DNA from: Catajapyx aquilonaris
Taxonomy: Eukaryota
Direction of reading: 5' to 3'
NCBI GenBank assembly: GCA_000934665.2
Contig: JYFJ02001718.1
Location: 1-64,000 of the forward strand
Length of the DNA: 64,000 bases
In this document: positions 26,101-37,283 of the stretch, in pieces
Layout: each line of letters starts with the position of its first letter
Numbering within the stretch: the first letter of the stretch is position 1
The notes under the pieces: generated by a model
What the model was told of the DNA's origin: nothing
The model's database searches: none
What the model saw: only the letters and a program-made list of their open reading frames with translations
Made by a program: the position numbers and the translations under genes

Positions 26101-26527
26101 ACTCAAATATTACTTGCTGGTGTCGACAGAACCAACAATAATCATCAACAAATCGCCGAAAATGATCGTGAAAGAAAACGAAACCGGATTCGGACACATG
26201 CCCACAAACCACGTCCTGGTACTGGATTCCTCCAGGTTCGACCTGTCAGCAAACACGGATTATTTCGTCGCTGTACAAGCCGTGGATGACCACGGTGTGT
26301 TTGGAGGATTGTCCAACGTGGTCGAGGTCAACGTCAGGTGCAAAGATCAAGAAGACGATTCGGTTATAGACATTCTCAGCAAGTTCCAGGTGCTGATCAT
26401 CGTTGTTCTATCGGTGGTGCTGGTTCTTGGAATAATTTGCGCATTTCTTATGTGCTATCTGTATCGTAAAAAAGTGACAAGCATGAGAAAAGGCACTTAC
26501 AATGTGATGTTGCAAGAAATTGCATAG
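23115..26527 (+). CDS. CLCA-family protein 6: metalloprotease domain - Ser/Thr-rich stalk - FNIII-like - TM; lacks vWA and beta-rich domains
   Basis: MSGLRLVLIILVVTWKCSA-IDIRDGGYVDVVLEISSEVKEDP; HEWAHFRYGVFDE (23997-24011). Exons 24530-24651, 24718-24788, 24864-25199, 25275-25370, 25430-25513, 25601-25648, 25769-25807 and 25955-26527 join in frame with GT-AG sites. Final exon has VTDL..LTWT..YFVAVQAVDD..GLSNV and TM VLIIVVLSVVLVLGIICAFLMCYLY-RKK. Confidence 0.82.
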
Positions 26528-27228
26528 ATAACTGATACGGACTCCCAGAATTTAATATCTGAAGATACGACAGTCATGCCTTATAGACATTACGGCTCTT
26601 TATCGATTGACGTTATTTCCTACCAAGAATGTTATCTGTGCCAAAGTTCACAAAAGGAAAGGCTCAGAAATGAGGCAAAAAAAAATCGTAAACAGACACC
26701 TTTATTTTTGTAACTACATTTCCTGTTCCTGATTTGTGCTTTTTGTACGCTTTTGCATCTTTATCTCGTGTCAATGTAGCGATAACATTTATTTCAATTC
26801 GACCATTTCAACTTGCAAGCTTGTAGCTTTGCACTATAACTATGTAAACCGCAAGTACCGTATGCTCCATGTTTCCAAAGTACTTGACCTGTCTATTTTA
26901 AAAACAACCCAGACTAAACGACGCAGGTACACTTATCACAGTCTGATAAAACAAACGCTTCAACCAGCACGAAAAAATATGGGTGTTACCTCTCAGTAAA
27001 GACAATGGAGAAATAAACGCATCAGTTCAATAACACGCCTATACATTACGTCACCCATCACAGGGTGTCAATTTTCTTCGAGTTTGCGCCTTTGGAGTCT
27101 CGATCCTCTCTCGCTTTTTCCCACCCCATGTACTTCAACTACTCCCCTCCCGCCCCCACACCTGCTACCAGTCTATCTAGAGTTGAATATTAGCAGTTTG
27201 CTAGCCCGAGGCGTGAGAGGCGGCTGCA

Positions 27229-30200
27229 ATGCGCCTCTTGTTGCTGCGACCATGGCTGGCCCTGGTGGTGGCCACGTGTGTGTCCTCCGCCAGTATTACC
27301 ATCAAGGACAATGGATACGACAACTTGCTGGTTGCCATTTCTCCAAGTGTGCCCGAGGATTCGCACCTGTTGGACCTGATCAAGGTAAGAGGTCAATTGC
27401 ATTTAATAAAAAAAAGAGGCCGACCTTGAAAACAATGCAGGGTATTTGACAGTGCGACTATTTTTGCGTGTAGAGGACCTTATAGTGAGACGGGGGAGAC
27501 TATAATTAGAGCGGTTACGCAAGTTTTGTTTTTGGGACTTCCTACTTCAAAGGCACTTGTACGCATAGACTATGAATGGTTCAAGTAGTTGTTTTTTTTC
27601 GTTGCGAATTTTGTGCACCGGATTTGCAACATTGCCGCTGTTTTTATGAGTGCTTAAGAATGATGGTAAAAGCGGTTTCGGGGTCGTTCAACGCGCGACA
27701 TGTTCAGGTTTTCAGGTACGAGTGAAATTGCGAAAAAAGTTACACATTTTTTTTTGCAGAGTTTCAGTGCGGATGTGAGAGCAATTGAAATCTATTTGTG
27801 TGTGGAAAAATGTGTTTGCAATATTTAAAATTATGCAATTTCCAAATATGACATGTTCAGGTTTTCAGGCGCGAGGAGTGAAATTGCAATTTTTTTTGCA
27901 CGGTTTCAGTGCGGTTTTTAAAGCAATGGAAATCCCATTTTTATGTGGAAAATATCTTTGCAATATTAAAAATTATACAGTTTCCAAATTTGAGGTTATA
28001 CACTGAAGCGATTGCAAATTATGTAGGAATTGCCCGAAATGTTGCGAATATTTTTGTAATGAATCTGCGAAATGGATGACCTGAATATATAAGGTAATTC
28101 CCCGTTGGCGACGCGCCTGACTCAGCTCAGGTTCTTCGAAACCTTGAATAGCTTTCCGATTATCTGCAGCACACTACCGAGTATATTTAGAACAAAATTT
28201 GCAAAACAGGTTTGAACATCTAGGAGCAAAAATGTCTCATTACAATTATTATGCAAAAATCATTTCAGTTTTCATATTATTGCAATTGATTTTTTAAATT
28301 GGTCTAGTTATATTGATTCAAATAGTTTTCATAATATTTGAAAATTGTGTATGTCAGGAAAAGTGATTTATTACATTAATGTTTCAGACCAAACTGTCGC
28401 CATTAGAGGCTTCCATATATAAAATTAAAACCGCCTTCATACATCAATGTCTGTTTCAAGGCCCGTATTTCGAGCACCGTTTCGCAAACACGCGCCAAAA
28501 CGTCCTTGCACTTTATATTCGGTGTGACACGGCTTAAGCTTGACCTCGCATATAAACATGACACCTAATTTTTTTCTGTTGTTCACTCTCTTCCTCTCTG
28601 TGATGCAATAACAGGAGCTGATGGTGAACGCCAGCGAATCTTTGTTTACCCTCACACGTCGCCGGGTCTTCTTCAGGGACATCAAGATCCTGATCCCACC
28701 CACTTGGACCAAAATTAAGCCCGAAGCGTACAGTAGAGAGATATACGAGGTAAATCTCTCAAAAAGTACGGCGCACCTGACAAGGTCATACCTAAATTAA
28801 ATATTTTTTGGGGGGATGACAACTTCCGGAGCGCCATTTATTTTTTTGGGAAGACTTGTAGGAAATGGAAATACATTTTAATTAATTTATCAATATTATT
28901 AGGATGCAGAGATCCGAGTTGACCAGCCACATCTGAATGACCCGAATGACCTGCCCTACACGCAACAGCCTCGAGGTTGCGGAGAGCCTGGTGACTTCAT
29001 AAGACTTTCTTCTTCTTTCATACGCAAGGCCCACTCTCCACCGGACGCTGATTACAAAAACGCAGGTCAGGAGGTCACCACCTTCGATTCATTGTGCTTT
29101 TGTAGCCAAAAATAGGCACAATCGGCCATCTGCGACTTTAAGTACATTGTCAACAATTTCGCGGCTAATCGGAACCCATGGGGAGCGACCCGTTTCACTT
29201 TGGCCTTTTTTTTGTGTGTACTATTTGTTGTAAGCGATAAGATTACAAGCCTTTCGATAAGATGACATGAAAGGCTTTCCGATGCTGGTTACGTAAAAAG
29301 TGCATGGGGGTTGCAGACCACGTAATTTCCATAAACGAAATTGTGAAGGTCGCGGAATTTGTATTTCCGCAAGTTCTGTATAAGAAGGCGGAAGCTTTGG
29401 TGCATCACACGTGTACAGTTGACATCTAGGGCAAACAGAGATAGCAAAAAAATAATCATGATAACAATAGTTAATACTTTTGATATAACCATTAAAAGTA
29501 GCTGTTACTAATTATGGCACATGATAGGCAAGCTTGCTCTTTCTCTATACGTATCGAGTACGATCATATTCTTCATATGAGTAAAAGATGCGGAAGCTTG
29601 CTTCTTAAGTGTACAGAAGCTGTTATTATTTGGAGTAACTGTTGCTTGTTGAGCCGTGACGCATCCCAGTATAAATAGGCGTGTACTCATTAGCGCCTCT
29701 TGAAGTGTGAACTTAAATTGGGCTTGAAATAAGGGATGATTTTACGAGCAGTTTGCATATGTTATACACGCGTGCGTCTTATCTTACGATTAAGATTGCT
29801 GAATGTTTAATTACATCCTTGGATTCTGGTCTTAAATTATGTCACACGTTCCAGCCTTTTATCCTTGGATGTTTTTCAAGCAGCTACACCGATACGCAAT
29901 TTTGGGTTTTATGGCTTCTGTTTGGCCTTGCAGGTAAATCTTTGGTGCATGAATGGTCACACTTCCGTTGGGGCGTTTTTGAAGAGTATGGAATCTTCGA
30001 TGATGAACAACACCCTGGGTTTTACAAGTCAATGTCGTACGAGGTCGAACCAGAAGCTGAGTACGAAATTGTGCCAACCACATGCACCAAAGATAATCTA
30101 CGCGGAAAGCTCTAGTAAGTACTCTTCAATTATTTTTTAGCTAACGACGGTATTACTACATGTTGAATATTTACATTGAAGCGACGCAATCACTTACGAG

Positions 30201-33126
30201 ACATGCAAAATGGATCCGGTGACCAATCTTCCGGATAAGAACTGCTGGTTTCAACCTGATGAGACTGTTAACGTACCTTCTTCCATCATGTCGTACACCC
30301 AGTTGGACTCGGTATGTACCCAGCTGTACCATCACATCAGTAACTGCTGATTCATACAATTCTACAGGAGAACTACTTTTGCGACGACACTGACGAACGC
30401 AAGCACAACACCATCGCACCGACCAAACACAATGCCCGTTGCGGCCACAAGAGCGTCTGGGAGGTGATCATGAAGCATTCAGACTTTGCCAACAACAGCA
30501 ACCCGCCGATGGACACGTCGTCGGCACCGGAAAAGCCAAAGTTCAGGATCATCCAGACTGAGAAGCCCAGGTTCGTACTAGTGGCCGACACCTCGATGAG
30601 CATGAACGAGCACAAGAAGATGGACCGGTTGGCACAGGCTGCAAGAAGGTGGATCAAGTACGAGCTGTTGGACGGTGTGGTGTTGGGGATTGTGTCCTTC
30701 AGTAACTATGCGACCATCGTGGCTGAGATGACCACTGTGACTAAGGACACCAGGCAGTTGCTGATGGACAAAGTTCCTCGTGCTACTGACGATTGGACCT
30801 GCATCGGATGCGGATTGAGGAAAGCACAGAGTATGTTGGTCCAAGGCGGTACGATCGTGCTGATCACAGACGGAATCGAGAACAAGAAGCCGAACATCGA
30901 GGATGTTCAGGAAGAGCTGATCCTGTCCAACATAAGGGTCATCACCATTGCATACAGCGACGATGCTGACCCGAAGATCAACATGCTAGCGGTGGCCACT
31001 CAGGGAAAGAGCTTCTTCGTCAACGACTTCCAAGGACTGTCCGATGCATTCAAGGCATCTGAGACGTACCAGGCTGCGTTGGCGTCCAAAGATCGCGAGG
31101 CTATGGTAAGTTGTGCGGTACTTCCAGGAGAAAATGCATGTTTACGGCCTCACGATTTGGTCGTGCGACCGAGACTCAAATCGTGAGGGCGTAAACAGAC
31201 CTTTAGGTCTACCAGACGTGAAGCTCAAAATAGCCTTCCAAGAGAGGTGCTCCTATCTCTATCTCACGAAACTGTCTTGGGAGGCTATTTTGAACTTCAG
31301 GTCTGCTGGAAGTGACTGTATAGTTCTATAGTATACAAGTGATGCCAATAATGTGTCTTACCACAGCTATTCGAGACATACTACAAGTCACCGAACGGCA
31401 ACCACTTCGGAAGCTTCTCTGTCGACTTCAGCACCGGTCGAGACTTCGTGTTTCAAATAGACTACAGTCGAATCACGTACGTCAAGTCGTTCGACCTAGT
31501 GTCGCCAACAAAGAGACATTACTTCTTAAAGGACGCGGAGTGGGACAGACCAGGACATGTGTATTTCATCAGGTTGCCTATGGCAGAGGTACAGCTTTTA
31601 GCAATAATGCTTCGTGAACATTGTCTTAACATTGTTGACAAATCCGCAGGTTGGTACGTGGCAGTACAGCGTACAGTTCGAGGTAAAAGACCACCTGGAC
31701 TTCGCTGTCGTGTCGGTCAAAGCCAAACGGAGAGCACTGGATACCGAGCCAATACAGACCATGTGTTCTATCAGCACGGGTGCCCAGGACATCAACCCTG
31801 AGGACGAAAAGGTGGTCATATTCGCCAAGGTCAGCCAGGGGTCCAGGCCCGTGCTTGGCGCCAAAGTCAGGTGAGTAACGTACAGCCATACCGAGATAAT
31901 CGTAGTACATGACAATGCAATTGCAGGGCTGAAGTGACCCGACCTGGCAACAGGACAGAACCGGTTATAATTCCGCTTTGGGACAACGGTGTTGGAGCAG
32001 ATGTCACCCGCAATGACGGTATATACTCGAGGTACTTTACGTCGTACGGCGACGAAGGTTACTACGCAGTTTCATGTCAAGTATGGAGCGACGGAGCTGC
32101 CTTTGTCGGCGGAGGATTCTTAGGAGCCAGAATGCTCCCAATTGTACCAGGTCAGTTTTATGATTCGTATTAATGTATGAAAAATTATAACTTGTCCAAA
32201 TTATAGCCAAAGCCGCTCCTCAACCAAAGATTCAGCTATCAAACTTCACCCGGTACGCACCTGCAGGAAGCTTCAGGGTGATGAACCACACTCAGGAAAA
32301 GGACATTTTACCACCAAGTCGCATCGCAGATCTAGTCGCAAACGAAGTCGTCTTGGAAGACAAGCAAACTGCATTTAGATTGGAATGGACCGCATCTGGA
32401 TCTGATCTGGATCAAGGAACGGGTTAGTTTTAGGCTGATCTGATGACGGCTGATCTTTTCTATGCGACGAAATAAGTGGCGGGAGTCAAGTTCAGAGAGC
32501 GCGGCCAAATGGGTGGCCAACGAACGTTATTGTGGCTTTGCCACGGACTACCTATTCGGACACGCTCATTGAACTACCTCCATCCCCGACTCTTGCCACC
32601 GTCTTTGTCGCGTAGGAAAGATCAACCGAGTTTTGATATATTTGGCAAATTTTAAGCTCTAATTACATGTATGTTTGTCCACACAGCCGAGTCACACTTG
32701 CTGCACTATGCACCTAGCCAGCATTCGCTTCTAAACTCATTCAATGTCCAAAGAGAGGTGTCCGAAATGGATTTGACCGAAGGATCACTCGTCCCGTTGG
32801 AATCTGGACAGAAACAGTTGGTCACACTGAACTCGACGTCGCTTCACTTCGAACCAAACGTGATGTACTACTTCGCAATAAAAGCAGTGGACGACAGCAA
32901 CCTTGAGAGCGAGATGTCCAACGTGGCTTCGGCCGTAAGACGTCCCAAGTTGTTGCATCTGGTATCGGTCCAGGAGGATGTGACGACAGACAAGGCCATG
33001 GTGTTGACCATCGTCCTGGTCGCGGTCGGGACCATGTTGTTGCTTGTTATGATTGTAAGCGTGGCCGTATACTTTTACAAGAGCCCGCGAAGGCGATTCT
33101 GGAGGGTTCCAACAAACGACGCTTAA
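27229..33126 (+). CDS. CLCA-family protein 7 (multi-exon), canonical architecture with TM; vWA in one large exon
   Basis: MRLLLLRPWLALVVATCVSS-ASITIKDNGYDNLLVAISPSVPED; HEWSHFRWGVFEEY (29948-29962); MIDAS FVLVADTSMSM; CIGCGL; LWDNGVGADVTRNDGIYSRY; TM MVLTIVLVAVGTMLLLVMIVSVAVYFY. Confidence 0.93.
27698..27993. repeat. Two-copy ~150-bp direct repeat in CLCA-7 intron 1
   Basis: Units start GACATGTTCAGGTTTTCAGG at 27698 and 27850 and share GTTTCAGTGCGG...TTTGCAATATT.AAAATTAT..TTTCCAAAT. Confidence 0.8.
31139..31305. repeat. Two adjacent fold-back hairpins in a CLCA-7 intron
   Basis: 31139-31197 TGTTTACGGCCTCACGATTTG...CAAATCGTGAGGGCGTAAACA; 31213-31305 CAGACGTGAAGCTCAAAATAGCCTTCCAAGAGAG...CTGTCTTGGGAGGCTATTTTGAACTTCAGGTCTG. 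Confidence 0.8.
32447..32628. mobile_element. Palindromic MITE-like element in last CLCA-7 intron
   Basis: CGGCTGATCTTTTCTATGCGACGAAATAAGTGGCGGGAGTC...AGTTCAGAGAGCG pairs with CGCTCATTGAACT...GACTCTTGCCACCGTCTTTGTCGCGTAGGAAAGATCAACCG. Confidence 0.7.
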
Positions 33127-33228
33127 AACTATTTGTATTTTTTATATTATATACATATTAAAAATGTTTTATTGTTTGCCAATTTTTCCCATCATCATTT
33201 ATCAAAGTCTCAAAACCTATGATGGCCG

Positions 33229-33911
33229 CAATGTAAACAAATGCCCTGATTGGCTCATAGTCCAAAATGGCCGATGGCCGCAGTTTGATTGGCTGGAAAT
33301 CCAACGTGACCGTATTGTAAACAAATGCCCTGATTGGCTCAGAGTGCAAAATGGCCGATGGGCGTTGTCTGATTGGCTGGTAATCCAACATGACCGTATT
33401 GTAAACAAATGCTCTGATTGGCTCAGAGTCCAAAATGGCCGATGGCCGCTGTTTGATTGGTTGGAAATCCAACATGACCATATTGTAAACAAAGGCCCTG
33501 ATTGGCTCATAGTCCAAAATGGCCGATGGCCGCTGTTTGATTGGCTGGTAATCCAACATGACCGTATTGTAAACAAATGCCCTGATTGGCTCATAGTCCA
33601 AAATGGCCGATGGCCGTTGTCTGATTGGCTGGTAATCCAACACGACCGTATTGTAAACACATGCCCTGATTGGCTCATAGTCCAAAATGGCCGAAGGCCG
33701 TTGTCTGATTGGCTGGTAATCCAACATGGCCGTATTGTAAACAAATGCCCTGATTGGCTCATAGTCCAAAATGGCCGATGGCCGTTGTCTGATTGGCTGG
33801 TAATCCAACATGACCGTATTGTAAACAAATTCCATGATTGGCTCATAGTCCAAAATGGCCGATGGCCGTTGTCTGATTGGCTGGAAATCCAACATGACCG
33901 TATTGTAAACA
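33229..33911. repeat. 84-bp minisatellite, 8 full copies plus partial
   Basis: Unit TATTGTAAACAAATGCCCTGATTGGCTCATAGTCCAAAATGGCCGATGGCCGTTGTCTGATTGGCTGGTAATCCAACATGACCG with register 33229, 33313, 33397, 33481, 33565, 33649, 33733, 33817, 33901. Confidence 0.97.
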
Positions 33912-34237
33912 GACGCTCTCATTGGGCCTGGACCAGTGCGGGATTTCCGCGTGTCCAATGTGCGATGCGTCGATGAGGCACCTCCTTTCATGTGGCAAGC
34001 TGCGATCATGGTAACACGTAAATCAACGTATGCTTCAACTCCGCTAACAGATGCGTGATTGGCCAGATTACTTTGTATCGTATCCTCAGACGTCTTTTTA
34101 CAAGTCAGTTATACTATCCTTTATGGCCATAAGGCCAATATAGCCTACATTTTTCAACTACTGTACAATAGGAACTCAAATTTAAATCTGGCATAATTAT
34201 GGCCTACTCGTACCTCTAGAGAAGTATTTTTTTAAAT

Positions 34238-34440
34238 GAGCGCAACCGAGTGCGCAACGCAGTTCGCGCAAATTGTTGAGGCGGTAACATGTGACCAATT
34301 TTTGCGACGCTGCCAAGGCTCTGGAACGAACCTTACAGGCTACCGGTGGTAATTTGACCCCCTGAGGACGAATAACTGTGACAACGGTGTTGTCGGAACA
34401 ATGGACTTGCGCAAGTGTGGGTGCGCACTCGGTTGCACTC
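34238..34440. mobile_element. MITE-like element with ~20-bp TIRs
   Basis: GAGCGCAACCGAGTGCGCA at 34238 versus TGCGCACTCGGTTGCACTC ending 34440, flanked by T-run and A-run. Confidence 0.65.
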
Positions 34441-34923
34441 GTAAAAAAATTAATGAATACAACCGCAACACTACAACACTCCTGAGGTTATCTGCCAGTT
34501 ATACTATATTTGATTTGATAATGATTACCGTATTATTATCAATGGCTAAGTGTGTTTGTTTGTTTGTTTGTCCAGGTTTGGTTACCACAGCAGCGGGTTT
34601 CCCCCGGAACAAAAGATGATTTAATTTGTTTTAAATCGTTTTATAGTAGCCCTTGGCTACGAGATAAATTATGTTCAGTACCCAATGATTTTATGAGTAA
34701 AAGTCAACAAAGTCATATTTGCCGCCATGTTGCACCTGGCAACAATGATATGATCAAATTCATACAATTTACTATTTCAGCGACACGAATATTACTAGAA
34801 AAATTAATACTACTTTTTAGAGTAATTAAATATATTTAGTGTCATCATAATTAGTGGGCCTGGCAACCCTGCTTGAATTCGAATTTGGTGACAGTTGAGC
34901 ATCGTCTGGCTTTCAGATCCAAG

Positions 34924-36321
34924 ATGGCGCGTTCTTTTGTGAAGTTCACTCCTCACAAAGTGAGCAAAATCAGGTGGAGACCGGCCTCAGAAGAAAGGTT
35001 CCTGGGATCAGACGTGTTCCTGACAGGATCATGGGGAAGCAAGGTTCGAAGAAGAAAAAAAAAACTGGGCATAAAATAAGCAGGGTTCAAAATGAAGGAA
35101 GGAAAACAACAATGCACATGTTCTAATGTTCCTTTTTTTATCCAGGCGAATGAGCTGAAGTTATGGCAGTTCCAGCAGGAGGATTTGGCAGGAAAAGGGT
35201 TCAGACCGGTCGGTTTGGACACTGTTACGCAGCAGGCTGATTTCATGGACATAAAGTTCATAGACGGGGATCGCTTCTTGACCGCTAGTTCGGACGGAAG
35301 TGTACAGTTGTACGCAATCAAGTCGGCCGGACTGCCCCTTAACGCATCATGGAAGTTCAAGTCGCTGCGAACATGGACAGGGGTTCACAAAAAGTACCAA
35401 CAGTCTCTCCGAAGCCGTTTGTACAATACTAATTAACAAACTTTCAGGTACAAACAGCTGCCGTGCACTGCGGTGACTAATTTCGAGGAGGAAATTGCAA
35501 CTGTTGGGGAAGACGGCAGAATAGTGTTTCTCAATCCGACGAGACAAGAGCCATTGCGGTCCATCGGTAATGAGCATAGTTCGTTAATTACTGGGGCTAG
35601 ACTATATAATTATATTTACAGATAAAGGCGAGAGCGGTTGGCTGACATGCGTTTGCTACTTGAAGCACAACGAGTTGGTGGTGGCCAACTTGCGCGGTCA
35701 GCTCAAAGTGTATGACCTGCTCACCGCATGCGATAAGCCCTCTGCAATATTCACCTACGCTGAAGACAAGGTACTGCGGTAATTAACCTGTTAACACCAA
35801 TTACATCCGAAATCCTTGCAGATGGTGGGCATAACCTGCCTTGCACAGCATCCAACCCAGCCCCACATTGTTGCGACAGGATCGGAGGAAGGGACACTGG
35901 GCATATGGGACGTCCGGAAGGAGAAGTATCCTGTCACATTACTCAAGGGACATACATCAGAAGGTACACTGTACAGTTCATCCGCAATATGTTGGATAAT
36001 TGACCCCCTTTTTCTGCAGTCCGTGAGCTGAAGTTCCATCCGTTGAACCCGGACCACCTGTTCACTTGCTCATTCGGAGGGGAGACCTGGCAGTGGAATG
36101 GCGCACCCAAGTCTAGAGCCGGCGGCACATCACAGCCGCTGGAGGCACCCGTTGAAACACTCTGGCTCAGCGGGAGTCTGGCTCAAGGACGTGTTGAAAC
36201 CAGGGCTGCACTGCCTGACTCGCACTTGGCCATCAACACACTGGACATATGCCAGTCCAGTCTCATTTGCGGCGGAGACAATGCAGCCATATTCCTCTCG
36301 CATGATCTAGAAGTGTATTGA
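34924..36321 (+). CDS. Nup43: Nucleoporin Nup43 (WD40 repeat), 6 coding exons
   Basis: N-terminus MARSFVKFTPHKVSKIRWRP...FLTGSW matches the Nup43 KISKxRWRP...F.TGSW signature; TVGEDGRI, HPTQPHIVATGSEEG, FHPLNPDHLFTCS, LICGGDNAAIF. Confidence 0.9.
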
Positions 36322-37283
36322 GTGCCAGCCTTTTTGGGGACCGAAGTTTGCGCAACTGTGCAATGTTTGTACTGCCATTTTTTTATTTTTTTTACATGTT
36401 CCGGGCACATTTTGTGAATTAAAAACATTGATTCAACACTCCTTTTTTGTGTCATTTGTTGTTAAATTTACAGCTGGTTTTGTTGAAGAAGAGTCGTGAC
36501 CGGGTAAGGATGATCCATCATGGAAATGAGCAATTTTGCACAATTAATATTGTACTGTACACGGTACGACTTCATGCGATGATATGCGGATGATCTCACA
36601 AAATTAAAACTATATTTAAATATGGACGAAATTCCATTAATGTTTGTAGCTGAATGTTCCTTGATCATTTAATGACTCATAAAAATATTTAATTTTGATT
36701 AGTTTGCCACTGTTGCTGTTTGCCAAAACAATTTTTTCATAAATTTCAAAAGATGGCGCCAACAAGAAAGCGGCGTGAAGCGGCGTGCCATGTTTAATTT
36801 TCCTGCAGCGACGGCGAAACATAAAGAGCATAATTTTAACAACATATTGCGCCTACATAAATTTAATATTTTAAAAAGTAATAATAAACGTCATTAAATT
36901 ACAATTGTTTAATAAAAGGATCCAACCGGAAATGAAAATTCCAGTTCGATCCACCTTCCGAGTCATGTACACCTCCTAATTAATTGCATCAATCCTAATT
37001 AATCGCAATAATATGCACCTAATCCGCATTAAAAATCGTCCTTTATTTAATAACATGGAATCCACCTCAGATTAGATATGTACACGAGCCGAAATCGTGA
37101 TTCATGTGGACGTGACATAAGGCTCGTTCCTTTTTGTCTCTCTCTCTTTTTGGTGTGTTCCAAAAGGAGATCTGTCCTTTTTTTGTCCACCTAAATCGAC
37201 CGTGTTAGGCCCTCGAAAGGCCTTTCCCTCCTCATCGTTTAACCACAGTTGGACCAGCCAAGTCGGGTTAGACATCAGTAAAT

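Noticed and set aside
33229..33911. CRISPR-like array
   Set aside because: Units are contiguous near-identical repeats with no unique spacers, there are no cas genes, and the DNA is eukaryotic.
33158..34009. Long overlapping ORFs (283, 270 and 209 aa) with 28-aa repeats
   Set aside because: They are a by-product of an 84-bp (multiple of 3) minisatellite open in several frames on both strands; no recognisable domain or gene context.
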